From Somniosus microcephalus (lineage: Eukaryota): a stretch of DNA of 64,000 bases. The stretch spans positions 11,222,001 through 11,286,000 of the forward strand of contig CM126214.1 in NCBI GenBank assembly GCA_052327205.1. The letters run 5' to 3'. A program made the position numbers and the translations under genes. Under the pieces are notes generated by a model. The model saw only the letters and a program-made list of their open reading frames with translations, was not told the DNA's origin and ran no database searches. This document shows positions 11,425 through 24,300 of the stretch, one piece after another; position 1 is the stretch's first letter, and each line of letters starts with the position of its first letter.

Positions 11425-12788
11425 GGCCTAGAAATTCAGTTGCTTGCGCCAGCCGGTAGCGCCTTAGGAGGAGTAGATGTTGGGCGCTAGGCGGCTAGCG
11501 GCCGGGCGCAGCGCGATCTGCGCCTCTCCCCAACTTCACTCACGATTTAGCGGCGGCGCAAAGTCTTTGCGCGCGCAGATCCTGACGTCATTTCCTCGTG
11601 CAACGCCCTTTGTGCGCCCCAAACCGGAAATTCAGTCGCGACGCCCTATTGTGCGCCTGGCGCCCCTAGCGACTGGTAGAGGGGAACGGTTCTCAGTCGA
11701 TGCGGGGCGCGGGGGGCGCAAATTAAAGGGCACTCCTCCTGCACTAGAAAAGGCTGCCATTTCGCAGCACTCCTTCTTGAGAGACGGATCTTTGCAGAGA
11801 GACCAAGGTAGAGAGCTTTCTGCTTTGGCCTAACACTCGGACAGGTACTTGTGGCTTCAGGCCACAGCTTTCCACTTGTCTTTGCCTTCATTGACATATC
11901 ATTGTTTGCTAACATATAATGGGGGCTGCAATGGGTGCAAACACTGGCCTTCTCCATTGCATCCAAAGGGCTCACAGACGCCGTGAGAGAGTGGCAGTCC
12001 TGGCTAGACGGAGAGGGGGCAACAGGCGTCGGGAACGGAGGCCTTACCCACCCAGGGTATACCGCCAGCAGTTCTCCTATCTGAACATGTCTGACGAGCA
12101 GTGTGTTCGGAGGATGCGATTCAGAAGGGAGGTGGTCACTGAGATCTGCCACCTGCTTCGCAGAGATCTGCAGTCACAGCTGAGGAGCAGGACGTCTCTG
12201 TCCGTGGCAGTGAAGGTGACGGTGGCCCTCAACTTCGATGCCACTGGCTCCTTCCAATCCGCTACTGGGGACATTGCCAACATCTCCCAGTTCGCGGTAC
12301 ATTGCTGCATCCGCCAGGTGAACAATTCCCTTTTCAGAAGGAGATGTCAGTACATCTCCTTCCCCATGACCCTGGACAAGCAGCAAGAGCGTGCAATCGG
12401 CTTTGGAAGAATAGTGGGCTTCCCCATGGTTGAGGGCGTAGAACTGATGAACCAGCAATGGTCAGGCCTTGCTTCAGGGCTGTAGTGTGCAGGGCATGGC
12501 AGCCAAACAAGTCCACCCTTCCCCTTTAAGAGCTGACCGGCGCCAGCTTGTCTGCCTTCATTGAGCAACTCGCCGCACCTGCGCTGCGCCCGTCCTCGGT
12601 GTTAGTGCCCCGGATCGCCGGCTTAGCGCCTAATGATAGTCGTGCATCGCCTACTTTAGCGCAGCAGCAACCTCTTGGGGCGAGGCGACTGAATACCGGT
12701 GAAGGTGGCGCGACTTTGCGCCGGGCGCAAACTTTAGCGGCCGCCCGACTTTAGCGCCCCAAACGTGGCTATACTGAATTTCTAGGCC
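11425..12788 (+). mobile_element. PIF/Harbinger internal-deletion derivative
   Basis: Perfect 15-bp TIRs GGCCTAGAAATTCAG / CTGAATTTCTAGGCC, 3-bp flanks tat/aat, transposase remnant inside. Confidence 0.9.
11919..12485 (+). pseudogene. Truncated Harbinger (HARBI1-like) transposase, N-terminal part
   Basis: RVYR...MSDEQCVRRMRF...KVTVALNFDATGSFQSATGD...ISQFAVH...GFPMVEG; similarity ends before the usual AIDCTH catalytic motif. Confidence 0.8.
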
Positions 12789-14495
12789 AATCTGTTTTAG
12801 TGATGTTGATTGAGGGATAAATATTGGCCCCAGGATTCCCGGGGAGAACTCCCCTGCTCTTCTTCGAAATAGTGGCATGGGATCCTTTCCATCCACCTGA
12901 GAGAGCAGACGGCGCCTCGGTTTAACGTCTCATCCGAAAGACGGCACCTCAGACAGTGCAGCACTGCATGGGACTTCAACCCACAAACGTCTGACTTAAG
13001 AGGCAAGCGTGCTACCCACTGAGCCAGGGCTGACGCATGCTGTTCTCAAACTCCTGCAGCTACTACCAGCTCACACTTCGACTGTGAGTGTGCTGTGCAC
13101 TGTTGACAAGCTTGCCTGATCTTGTGGTGTATAATGCTGTCAATCGCAGCGGGAGCGTGAGCAGGCAGCTGCCATAGATCAGTGTTTGGGGGCGGGGGCC
13201 TGGTCTGTACGATTATTTTAGTTCAGGAATGCGGACAGGGATCCTGGAACACTGGGGCTCCGTGTCAAACGTGGGCGGTTCATTTTCCAGCACAGGCACG
13301 ATGGGCTGAGTGGCCTCCTCCTGTGCTGTAGGCTTCATACATATGCATGAGTGAATCATTGGTGCCCTGCTTCACCTATGCCCTCCGTGTTACTGATTGT
13401 ACTGTTAAAAATGTCCTCCAAAATCTCCCCTATGCAACCCTTCCCCCCAACCCCACCCTTTAAACTATGAGCTTGCAATGGCAGGAGCCATTCACACCAG
13501 GAGCTCACCAGAGATATGCATATTGACCTGACCCTGGAAGATTTGGTGAGGTCAGATATTCTCCACGCTAGCCTGGACTCCATTCGTTCCACAAAACTCA
13601 CCCTAGTGTGCACGCCATGGTCTAATCGACTGGCGGGACAGGCTCGAGGGGCTGAATGGCCTAGGTTCCTGCGGTTCCTATGCTGTCAGCTGTGATGACG
13701 CGGGAGAATAAAGTCCTCCGATTTACTGTCTCCGGCAGCAGAAAAAAAAAACTATCCCTGGCTGCCAGGGGCACCAATGCATCTGTGTACTGGCATCAGG
13801 CTGGCAGGGAATACGGCACACAGGGTGCAGGGCGCGTTGGCACGAGACTGCCCTGTCCTCGGGCACCACTGACTGTGGACTGCCACTGACGGCCCAGGAT
13901 ACTGAGAAGCCTGCCCGCTGCCATTAGCTTGCAAGAGTCGCTGGCACATCTGCCAAAGGAACACTTGACATACTGGCACAATGCCAGCAATGAATTTTCT
14001 AGTCAGCCTGCTGTGGAATCAAAACTCAATTGTCCTAACCACCCCCAACCCCACCACAACCCCCCACACATCATTCTCTCGCTAACACATTTCTAATTAC
14101 TAAGTTGCAATGACATACTATCCAATAACAACAGGAAGCTAACAATAAAGGCAGTAATTTCGATGTTATTACTCTATAATATGTAATATTTCAGTTACGT
14201 TAAAATTACTTATTGAGAAACGCTGCGCTGTTTAGTCTCACTGTGAAAATATCCTCGTGCCACAGTGAGAGAGGGCATGTTGGCATCTGATGCCCACACT
14301 GCCAGCAGCAGCTGACAAAAAAAAAATTATACATTTCTTTTCAAAAATTATTTCCCCTCATGGTTCAGCTAGTAGAGGCAGTCAGTAGCTGAGCGCCACA
14401 GAACAGGAAGGTTCCTGATTCAATACCCAGTCACCGCAGCACTGAGGGAGCGCTGCATTGCCGGAGGTGCTGTCTTTTGGATGAGACATTGAACC

Positions 14496-14982
14496 AACAA
14501 CAACAATCTGTATTTATATAGCGCCTTTAACGTAGTAAAACGTCCCAAGGCGCTGCACAGGAGTATTTTAAGACGACAAATTTGACGCCGATCCACATAA
14601 GGAGAAATTAGGGCAGGTGACCAAAAGCTTGGTCAAAGAGGTAGATTTTAAGGAGCGTCTTAAAGGAGGAAAGAGAGGTAGTGAGGCGGAGAGGTTTAGG
14701 CAGGGAATTCCAGAGCTTAGGGCCCAGGCAACAGAAGGCACGGCCACCAAAGGTTGAGCGATTATAATCAGGGCTGCTCAAGAGGGCAGAATTAGAGGAG
14801 CGCAGATATCTCGGGGGGTTTTTGGGGCTGGAGGAGATTACAGAGATAGGGAGGGGGTGAGGAGGCCATGGAGGGATTTGAAAACAAGGATGAGAATTTT
14901 GAAATCGAGGCGCTGCTTAACCGGGAGCCAATGTAGGTCAACGAGCAACGGGGGGTGATGGGCAAAATGGGGCTTGGTGCGG
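14496..14982 (-). mobile_element. L2-clade LINE 3' end inserted in a Deu-SINE (SINE parts about 14425-14495 and 14985-15268)
   Basis: Reverse complement of about 8700-9110 plus the (caa)n tail. Confidence 0.85.
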
Positions 14983-15402
14983 CCAAGGCCTCGTCTACCT
15001 GTTCAATGGATGCAAAAGATCCCATTGCACCATTCAAAGAGCAGGGGAGTTCTCCCAGTGTCATGGCCCACATTTATCCCTCAACCAAAACAACCTATCA
15101 GGTCATTTATCTCATTCCCTGTCTGTGGAACCTTGCTGTGCGCAAACTGATTGCCTACAAAACAACAGTGACTGCACTGCAAAAGCAGTACGTTGGCTGC
15201 GAACCTCTCTGAGACATCCCGAGTATTTGAAAAGCACTAGATCAATGCAAATCCTTCCTTCTTCCTTTCTGTGCAGGGTTAGCTGTTCTCAGCTGGGAAA
15301 AATCAGCCAGGGTTCCTTCTCCTGATTGCTATCCAGCATCCCCTGTGGGAAATGTGGGTGTGGACGTTGGATGAGGCCAGGAACAGGCCCGGTTGCGATT
15401 CC

Positions 15403-15620
15403 CAACAACAACTTGCATTTATATATCACCTTTAACATAGTAAAACGTCCCAAGGTGTGTCTTGGGTGCGTTATCAAACAAAATTTGCCACATGAGGAGG
15501 TATTAGAACAGATGACCAAAAGCTTGGTCCAAAAGGTAGGTTTTAAAGGAGGAGAGAGAGGTGGAGAGGTTTAGGGAGGGAATTCCAGAGCTTAGGGTTT
15601 AAGCAGCTAAAAGCACGGCT
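15403..15620 (-). mobile_element. L2-clade LINE 3' end fragment
   Basis: caacaacaacttgcatttatatatcacc...gaccaaaagcttggtc. Confidence 0.75.
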
Positions 15621-15852
15621 GGGAAATGAGTCCTTGATGAGAATCACTCTCCAGTACCTCGCTCAAATTGCCATTCTCCGTGTGTGAGCCCAGACAGTGA
15701 GGGGGGTCACTAGATTAGGGTCGGGAACCATGGCTGCCTCCATCCCGGAAATACTGTGGCTGGTGGAGGCACCGATACTATCTATCTGGCTGAGATCAAG
15801 TTAACACAATGCCGGCTGGAAGTCAAAGCTGGGACCTTTTACCAGAGGTGCA

Positions 15853-16862
15853 ACATAGAAATATAGAAACATAGAAGATAGGAGCAGGAGTAGGCCATTC
15901 GGCCCCTCGAGCCTGCTCCGCCATTCAATGCGATCATGGCTGATCATCCAAATTCAGTACCCTGTCCCTGCTTTCTCCCCATACCCCTTGATCCCTTTAG
16001 CCTTAAGAAATATATCTAACTTTGTCTTGAATATATTTAAAGAATTGGCCTCTACTGCCTTCTGTGGTAGAGAATTCCACAGGTTCACCACTCTCTGGGT
16101 GAAGAAATTCCTCCTCATTTATGTCCTAAATGGCCTACCCCTTATCCTTAGACTGTGACCCCTGGTTCTGGACTCCCCGACCATCGGGAACATCCTTTCT
16201 GTATCTAGTCTGTCCAGTCCTGTCAGAATTTTATAAGTTTCAATGAGATCCTCTCTCATTCTTCTAAAGTCCAGCGAGTATAAGCCCAATGGACCCAATC
16301 TCTCCTCATACGTCATCCCTGCCATCCCAGGTATCAGCCTGGTGAATCTTCGCTGAACTCCCTCCATGGCAAGAACATCCTTCCTCAGATAAGTCGACCA
16401 AAACTGCACACAATGCTCAAGATGTGGTCTCACCAAGGCCCTGTACAACGGCAGCAAGACATCCTTGTTCCTGTACTCAAACCCTCTCGCTACGAAGGCC
16501 AACATACCATTTGCCTTCATAACCGCCTGCTGCACCTGCATGCTTACCATCAGCGACTGCTGCACAAGAACACCCCGGTCTCGTTGCACTTCCCCTTCTC
16601 CCAATCTATTGCATTTCAGATAATAATCTGCCTTCCTGTTTTTGCCACCAAAGTGGATAACCTTACATTTATCCACATTATACTGCATCTGCCATGCATC
16701 TGCCCCTCACCCAACCTGTCCAAATCATCCTGGAGTTTCTCGGCATCCTCCTCACAGCACACACGCCCACCCAGATTTGTGTCATCTGCAAACTTGGAGA
16801 TATTACATCTAGTTCCCTTGTCTAGATCATTAATATATATTGTGAATAGCTGGGGTCCAACG
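15853..16862 (-). mobile_element. HER1-like CR1 LINE, 5'-truncated (about 1 kb of RT C-terminus and 3' UTR)
   Basis: ORF 16119-16688 QYNVDKCKVIHFG...LVRPHLEHCVQFWS; upstream minus-strand sequence includes FADDT; (catagaaa)n tail. Confidence 0.9.
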
Positions 16863-17431
16863 GCATGTCAAAAGTTTGTGGAGGGGGGAACAGCAGGGGA
16901 AATTCTGGGATGTTGAGCCAGGAGCACAGAATGGGAGGAGGGAGCAGGACCCACTCATCTACCCCATCAGCAAGTAGATGTGCTTACACCTTCTGGTCTG
17001 TACAGCTCCATTACATACTGCTTTGACAGCTGAATTAATTTCCATTTCACCAACTATTTATTATGGTTTATGTAATGCATTGTTAATTGTGTAAAGGGAT
17101 TACTAACAACAAATGTAATTATTAAATTATTACTTTATAATTACATTGGTATTCATGGAACTTTAAAGCGTTACCTTTTGGGTATAATAGAGAACTCCAA
17201 CACTGAATTATTAACTCATTTATTGTCTCCATTGAGTCATGTATCGGATTTAATGGACTCGTTTCAGATACTCAGTTTCAATGATACTGTTCATCAAACC
17301 TTGCATTATTTTCCCCCCAATGTTCATCCTTCATGTGCAAGCCTAGACAGTGACTGGATAGTGAAGGCTGGTTGACCATGGAGGATTGCATAGATAAGCC
17401 TGATGTCTGTATACACACACACGCATAACTC

Positions 17432-17890
17432 CATCAGTTGTCGCTCAGTTGGTAGCCTCTGAGTCCGAAGGTCATGGGTTCACAGGCCCACTCTGGAGAC
17501 TTGAGCCCATAATCTAGCCTGACACGTCAGGGCAGTGCTGAGGGAGTGCTGCACTGTCGGAGGTGCCTTCTTTCGGATGAGACATTAAACCGAGGCTCCG
17601 TCTACTCTCTCAGGTGGACGGAAAAGATCCCGCTGCACTATTTCGAAGAAGAGCAGGTGAGTTCTCCCCGGTGTCCGGGCCAATATTTAACCCTCAATCA
17701 ACGTCAGTAAAACTGATTGTCTGGTCAATATCTCATTGCTGTTTGTGGGAGCTTGCTGTGCACACATTGGCTGCCTTTTTTCCTACATTACAACAGTGAC
17801 TACACTTCAAAAAGTACTTCATTGGCTGTGAAGCGTTTGGGACATCCTGAGGTCATGAAAGGCGCTATAGAAATGCAAGTCTTTTTTCTT
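17432..17890 (+). mobile_element. Deu-SINE (SacSINE1-like), near full length
   Basis: tRNA-like head, central domain ggatgagacattaaaccgagg, tail ggcgctatagaaatgcaagtc. Confidence 0.85.
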
Positions 17891-18276
17891 TCAGTCTGTG
17901 GATAGCAATCAGCACTGGATGCTCCGAGTTATAGTTCCCCTTACCAACACGAGGGGGCCAAGGCTACTTTGAAAGCCCCTCTTGCCACCCTGGGTGAGGT
18001 CAAACTCAGCACAGACCAGGATTGAACTGGGATCTTCTTGGCCTGTTATTCCTTCCAGGAGAAAATAGCTTCTCTGGCTCAGGTCAATGCTGGAGGTTGC
18101 AGGAGCTATCGGGATCGCCCAGAGTGAATTTAATATAACTTCAGAATTAGGATTATATGTTAGAAAACCAATGGGGTTGTTTATTACAAAATATTTACAG
18201 CACAGAATCAGGCCATTCGGCCCAACTGGTCTATGCTGGTGTTCATGCTCCACACCAGCCTCCTCCCACCCTTACG

Positions 18277-18407
18277 AAAGCGAAATACTGCGGATGCTGG
18301 AAATCCGAAATAACAACAGAAAACGCTGGAAAAACTCAGCAGGCCAGGCAACATCCGTGGAGAGAGAAACAGAGTTAACGTTTCGGGTCGAAGACCTTTC
18401 GTCAGAA
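18277..18407 (-). mobile_element. Penelope-like terminal fragment with hammerhead-like core
   Basis: Minus strand CTGACGAaaggtcttcgacccGAAACGTTaac. Confidence 0.7.
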
Positions 18408-18733
18408 TCTTGTGCACAGTTCTGGTCTCCATATAATACAAAGGATATCGGGCACTGGAAAAGGTGCAAAAAAGATTTACAAGGATGATTCCAGAACTGG
18501 GAGGGTATACCTATCAGGAAAGATTGAACAGGCTGGGGCTCTTTTCTCTAGAAAAGAGAAGGCTGAGGGGTGACCTGATAGAGGTCTTTAAAATTATGAA
18601 AGGGTTCGATAGGGTAGACATAGAGAGAATGATTGCACTTGTGGGAGAGACCTGAACTCAGGGCCATAAATATAAAATAGTCAGTAATAAATCCAATGGG
18701 GAATTCAGGAAAAACGTCTTTACCCAGAGAGTG
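18408..18733 (+). mobile_element. Degenerate CR1 LINE fragment
   Basis: QKRFTRMIPEL...RLGLFSLEKRRLRGDLIEVFKIMKGFDRVD. Confidence 0.8.
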
Positions 18734-19099
18734 TGGCCTAACCAAGGTTCTATATAAGTTTAACACAACTTCTCCGTACTTCAATTCTATCCCTCTCGAA
18801 ATGAACCTGTCGTCTGAATCTCCCAGTTAAATTGCTAATGGCATTATCTCTCTTTAATTAACTGTGGTTTTAACACTCAGTGATTTACCGCACTAGTAAC
18901 CTCTAAGCAGGGACAGTCTCGCGCGCAAACAGCAGAGTGCCGCTGTAACCAGCAAAGCACACTTAATAAAGCACACACACATGGCATGGTCGTGATGGAT
19001 CGAAATATTTAAATTATATGAGGAGAGCACATCAGGCGCACTCTTCCTGCCCGTCACCCTTCAAAAACAAGTAAGCAAAGGAACCGTTCAGTAGAGCAA

Positions 19100-19700
19100 A
19101 CGAATGGAACTGGAATAATAACAGAAAATGCTGGAAACACTCAGCGGGTCAGGCAGCTTCTGTGGAGAGAGAAACAGAGTTAATGTTTCAGGTCTGTGAC
19201 CCTTCATCAGAACTGGAAGTGGTTAGCACTGTTGCCTCACAGCGCCAGGGACCCGGGTTCAAATCCGGCCTCGGGTGACTGTCTGTGTGGAGTTTGCACA
19301 TTCTCCCCGTGTTTGCGTGGGTTTCCTCCGGGTGCTCCGGTTTCCTCCCACAGTCCAAAGATGTGCGGGTTAGGTTGATTGGCCATGATAAAAATTGGCC
19401 CTTAGTGTTAGGGGGGATTAAATACGTGGGGTTACGGGGTTACGGGGATAGGGCTTGTGTGGGATGGCTGTCGGTGTAGGGACCGGGTGCTAGGGTTTGG
19501 ATGATCAGCCATGATCTCGTTGAATGGCGGAGCAGGCTCGAAGGGCCGAATGGCCTACTCCTGCTCCTATCTTCTATGTTTCTATGTAAGTTAGAGGTGT
19601 AACAGTTTGTAAGCCAGTACAGAGGCAGGAAACTGGGAAGGGGGGGGTTCTGTGAGGGGGGCGAGGAAAGAACAAAAGGGATCGGGTGCAATGCAGGAGT
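19100..19700 (-). mobile_element. Penelope-like fragment interrupted by a V-SINE
   Basis: cagaactggaagt|...|aagttagaggtgtaacag continuity; AAGT duplicated. Confidence 0.65.
19221..19587 (+). mobile_element. HE1-like V-SINE
   Basis: tRNA-like head, V-domain gtggagtttgcacattctccccgtg...ggtttcctcccacagtccaaaga, HER1-type tail. Confidence 0.9.
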
Positions 19701-19837
19701 GAATAAACGACAATTCATGGGGCATTAAAAAAAATGTTTTTTTTCCATTGTCTTTGTAATACCTTTATTAGTTATAGATATGTTGGAGATGGGGGGGATA
19801 AAAAAATAGAATGTTTGACTGACGGTGAAAAAGAATG

Positions 19838-20308
19838 AAAAGAAAGACTTGCATTTCTATAGCGCCTTTCACGTCCACTGGACATCCCAAAGCGCCTTAC
19901 AGCCAATGAAGTACGTTTTGAAGTGGAGTCACTGTTGTAATGTGGGAAAGGCAGCAGCCAATTTGCGCACAGCAAGCTCCCACAAACAGCAATGTGATAA
20001 CGACCAGATAATCTGTTTCTGTGATGTTGATTGAGGGATAAATATTGGCCAAGGACACCAGGGCTAACTCCCCTGTTCTTATTCAAAATTGTGCCATGGG
20101 GTCTTTTCCGTCCACCTGAGAGAGCAGGCGGGGCCTTGGTTTAACGTCTCATCCAAAAGACGGCACCTCCGACGGTGCAGCGCTCCCTCAGCACTGCACT
20201 GGGAGTGTCAGCCTGGATTTTTGTGCTCAAGTCCCTGGAGTGGGACTATGAACCCACAACCTTCTGACATCAGAGGTGAAAGTGCTGCCCACTGAGCCGC
20301 AGCTGACA
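19838..20308 (-). mobile_element. Deu-SINE (SacSINE1-like), full length
   Basis: Reverse complement of the 17432 and 45188 copies. Confidence 0.85.
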
Positions 20309-20542
20309 CTAGAGTAGAAGTACCATCCAATCGGGTAATGAAGATTCTGTTCGTCTTCCAATTGCATGTGGGACGGAGGGGGCACCGTGAGGATGGACAT
20401 GTTGGGCGACCAATGGCGGGAGCCGGGGGGGGGACAGTTGGAGGCGGAGGTCATATGATGAAACCTCCTGGAATATGTCCAAGTGGAGGCCCAGCACTTC
20501 ATCAACAGGCAGAGAAAGGAAAAATAAGACGACAGAACCCAT

Positions 20543-21032
20543 GGGGGTGATTTTGCCAGTGGGGGCGCGTTGGAGGCGGGACTCCCACTTGTCGGGTTTT
20601 AGTCCCGCCTCCATCGACTTCTGGCCAACCCACGCTATTTTCCCTTGATTGACCTTGTTACGCCCGCCCAGCGGGCTCAGCAGGCCAATTAAGGGGAAGC
20701 CGGTTACAGAGAACGTCAGCGTGTGATGTTTCATCTATCAATTTTGACAGATGAATTGTCATCATTTGACAGCTTTGAGAAGCTGTCAAACACTGACATT
20801 CTCTGTTGTTTGGTGAGTTCTTGTACTCAAGGCTCACCCAACCTCTTTCGTGAGCAGAAAGCAGATGGCTGTTGCATCGGAGAATGCAGCAACCATTCTG
20901 TCATCTCTGCCATTGAGATGCCGGAGCCTCCGCACCCCCAACAGTTGAATGGGTACCCGCCCCCAGATTCTGCCATTTTCCTGGCAGTCCCGCCTCCACA
21001 GCCGCCTCCCCAGGGCTGGCAAAATCTCCCCC
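20543..21032. mobile_element. Harbinger-like MITE
   Basis: TIRs gggggtgattttgcca / tggcaaaatctccccc, 3-bp TSD CAT. Confidence 0.7.
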
Positions 21033-21383
21033 CATATTCTATCTAATGGGGCCCTTTCACTCACTGGTAGGAAGCTGGGATAGTCCTTGCCTCCTAATGA
21101 CATTCGCTTCCCTTCCTTTGTGGAAGAGCAAGAAAAGGAGAGAGAGGAACACTGAACTGGTTAATGTTCCCCCGCCAGGAATGGAGACCCACAGCTACAT
21201 ACCTGGAGCAGCACGCCTGCTGCGTGCCAAAGCTTCAATGATGTGCTACAAATGGCCTTTGTGCCGTGTTATCGGTAGCATGACGTGATTTCAAGGGTTT
21301 GGTCCCTCCCAGGTATCCACTATTGTCTGCAGATTCTGTGTTTTAAATTAATGTTTGCTCATAAAAGAAATATACATCATATA

Positions 21384-24300
21384 TGTCTGTGAGTGTGTGT
21401 GTCTGAGTGTGTGAGTGAGTGTGTCAGTGTGTGTGTCTGACTGTGTGAGAGTGTGTGAGTGTGAGTCTGTGAGTGTGAGTGTGAGTGTGTGTGTGTGAGT
21501 GTGTGTCTGTGAGTGTGAGTGTGTGTATCTGAGTGTGAGTGTGTGTATCTGAGTGTGAATGTGTATCAGTGTGNNNNNNNNNNNNNNNNNNNNNNNNNNN
21601 NNNNNNNNNNNNNNNNNNNNNNNNNNNNNNNNNNNNNNNNNNNNNNNNNNNNNNNNNNNNNNNNNNNNNNNNNNNNNNNNNNNNNNNNNNNNNNNNNNNN
21701 NNNNNNNNNNNNNNNNNNNNNNNNNNNNNNGTGTGTGACTGAGTGTGAGTGTGAATGTGTGTGTCTGAGTGTGTGTGTCTGAGTGTGTGTGTCTGAGTGT
21801 GTGTGTCTGTGAGTGTGTGTCTGTGNNNNNNNNNNNNNNNNNNNNNNNNNNNNNNNNNNNNNNNNNNNNNNNNNNNNNNNNNNNNNNNNNNNNNNNNNNN
21901 NNNNNNNNNNNNNNNNNNNNNNNNNNNNNNNNNNNNNNNNNNNNNNNNNNNNNNNNNNNNGAGTGTGTGTGTCTGANNNNNNNNNNNNNNNNNNNNNNNN
22001 NNNNNNNNNNNNNNNNNNNNNNNNNNNNNNNNNNNNNNNNNNNNNNNNNNNNNNNNNNNNNNNNNNNNNNNNNNNNNNNNNNNNNNNNNNNNNNNNNNNN
22101 NNNNNNNNNNNNNNNNNNNNNNNNNNNNNNNNNNNNNNNNNNNNNNNNNNNNNNNNNNNNNNNNNTGTGAGTGTGTGTGTGTCTGCGAGTGTGTGAGTGT
22201 GTGTGACTGTGAGTGTGAGTGTCTGAGTGTGTGAGTGTGTGTGTCTGAGTGTGAGTGTATGTGTGTGAGTGTGTGTGACTATNNNNNNNNNNNNNNNNNN
22301 NNNNNNNNNNNNNNNNNNNNNNNNNNNNNNNNNNNNNNNNNNNNNNNNNNNNNNNNNNNNNNNNNNNNNNNNNNNNNNNNNNNNNNNNNNNNNNNNNNNN
22401 NNNNNNNNNNNNNNNNNNNNNNNNNTCTGAGTGTGTGTGTCTGCGAGTGTGTGAGTGTGTGACTGAGTGTGTGTGTCTGAGTGTGTGAGTGTGTGTGTCT
22501 GAGTGTGTGTATGTGTGTGAGTGTGTGTGTCTGCGAGTGTGAGTGTGTGTGACNNNNNNNNNNNNNNNNNNNNNNNNNNNNNNNNNNNNNNNNNNNNNNN
22601 NNNNNNNNNNNNNNNNNNNNNNNNNNNNNNNNNNNNNNNNNNNNNNNNNNNNNNNNNNNNNNNNNNNNNNNNNNNNNNNNNNNNNNNNNNNNNNNNNNNN
22701 NNNNNNNNNNNNNNNNNNNNNNNNNNNNNNNNNNNNNNNNNNNNNNNNNNNNNNNNNNNNNNNNNNNNNNNNNNNNNNNNNNNNNNNNNNNNNNNNNNNN
22801 NNNNNNNNNNNNNNNNNNNNNNNNNNNNNNNNNNNNNNNNNNNNNNNNNNNNNNNNNNNNNNNNNNNNNNNNNNNNNNNNNNNNNNNNNNNNNNNNNNNN
22901 NNNNNNNNNNNNNNNNNNNNNNNNNNNNNNNNNNNNNNNNNNNNNNNNNNNNNNNNNNNNNNNNNNNNNNNNNNNNNNNNNNNNNNNNNNNNNNNNNNNN
23001 NNNNNNNNNNNNNNNNNNNNNNNNNNNNNNNNNNNNNNNNNNNNNNNNNNNNNNNNNNNNNNNNNNNNNNNNNNNNNNNNNNNNNNGTGTGTGTCTGAGC
23101 GTGTGAGTGTGTGTCTGTGAGTGTGTGTGTCTGCGAGTGTGTGAGTGTGTGTGACTGTGACTGTGAGTGTGTGTGTCTGAGTGTGTGTGTCTGAGTGTGT
23201 GAGTGTGTGTGTGTCTGCGAGNNNNNNNNNNNNNNNNNNNNNNNNNNNNNNNNNNNNNNNNNNNNNNNNNNNNNNNNNNNNNNNNNNNNNNNNNNNNNNN
23301 NNNNNNNNNNNNNNNNNNNNNNNNNNNNNNNNNNNNNNNNNNNNNNNNNNNNNNNNNNNNNNNNNNNNNNNNNNNNNNNNNNNNNNNNNNNNNNNNNNNN
23401 NNNNNNNNNNNNNNNNNNNNNNNNNNNNNNNNNNNNNNNNNNNNNNNNNNNNNNNNNNNNNNNNNNNNNNNNNNNNNNNNNNNNNNNNNNNNNNNNNNNN
23501 NNNNNNNNNNNNNNNNNNNNNNNNNNNNNNNNNNNNNNNNNNNNNNNNNNNNNNNNNNNNNNNNNNNNNNNNNNNNNNNNNNNNNNNNNNNNNNNNNNNN
23601 NNNNGTGTGTCTGAGTCTGAGTGTGTGTGTCTGAGTGTGTGAGTGTGTGTGTCTACGAGTGTGTGAGTGTGTGTGTCTGAGTGTGAGTGTGTGTGTCTGT
23701 GAGTGAGTGTGTGTGTCTGTGAGTGTGTGTGTGTCTGAGTGTGAGTGTGTGAGTCTGCGTGTGAGTGTGTGTGTCTGCGAGTGTGTGAGTGTGTGTGTCT
23801 GAGTTTGTGAGTGTGTGTCTGAGTGTGTGTGTCTGCGAGTGTGTGAGTGAGTGTGTCTGAGTGTGTGAGTGAGTGTGTCTGAGTGTGAGTGTGTGTGTCT
23901 GAGTGTGTGAGTGTGTGTGTCTGTGAGTGTGTGAGTGTGAGTGTCTGCGAGTGTGTGAGTGTGTGTGTCTGAGTGTGTGTGTCTGAGTGTGTGACTGTGT
24001 GTGTCTGTGAGTGTGTGAGTGTGTGTGTGTGAGTGTGTGTGTCTGAGTGCGTGTGTCTGTGAGTGTGAGTGTGTGTGTCTGCAAGTGTGTGAGTGTGTGT
24101 GACTGAGTGTGAGAGTGTGTCTGAGTGTGAGTGTATATGTCTGAGTGTGTGAGTCTGCGAGTGTGTGAGTGCGTGTGTCTGAGTGCGTGTCTGAGTGTGA
24201 GTGTGCGTGTCTGAGTGTGAGTGTGTGTGTCTGAGTGTGTGAGTCTGAGTGTGTGAATGTGTGTGTCTGAGTGTGTGTGTTTTTGTCTGCGAGTGTGAGT

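Larger units (their letters stand above)
11247..13035 (-). mobile_element. Deu-SINE split by a Harbinger insertion (parts 11247-11424 and 12789-13035)
   Basis: SINE sequence is continuous across the insertion (caacagat|aatctgttttagtgatg). Confidence 0.8.

Noticed and set aside
11919-12485. Host HARBI1 gene
   Set aside because: Lies between TIRs inside a SINE and lacks the catalytic DDE region; it is a transposon remnant
19221-19270. tRNA genes at SINE heads
   Set aside because: A/B-box-like heads continue into V- or Deu-domains; no complete cloverleaf
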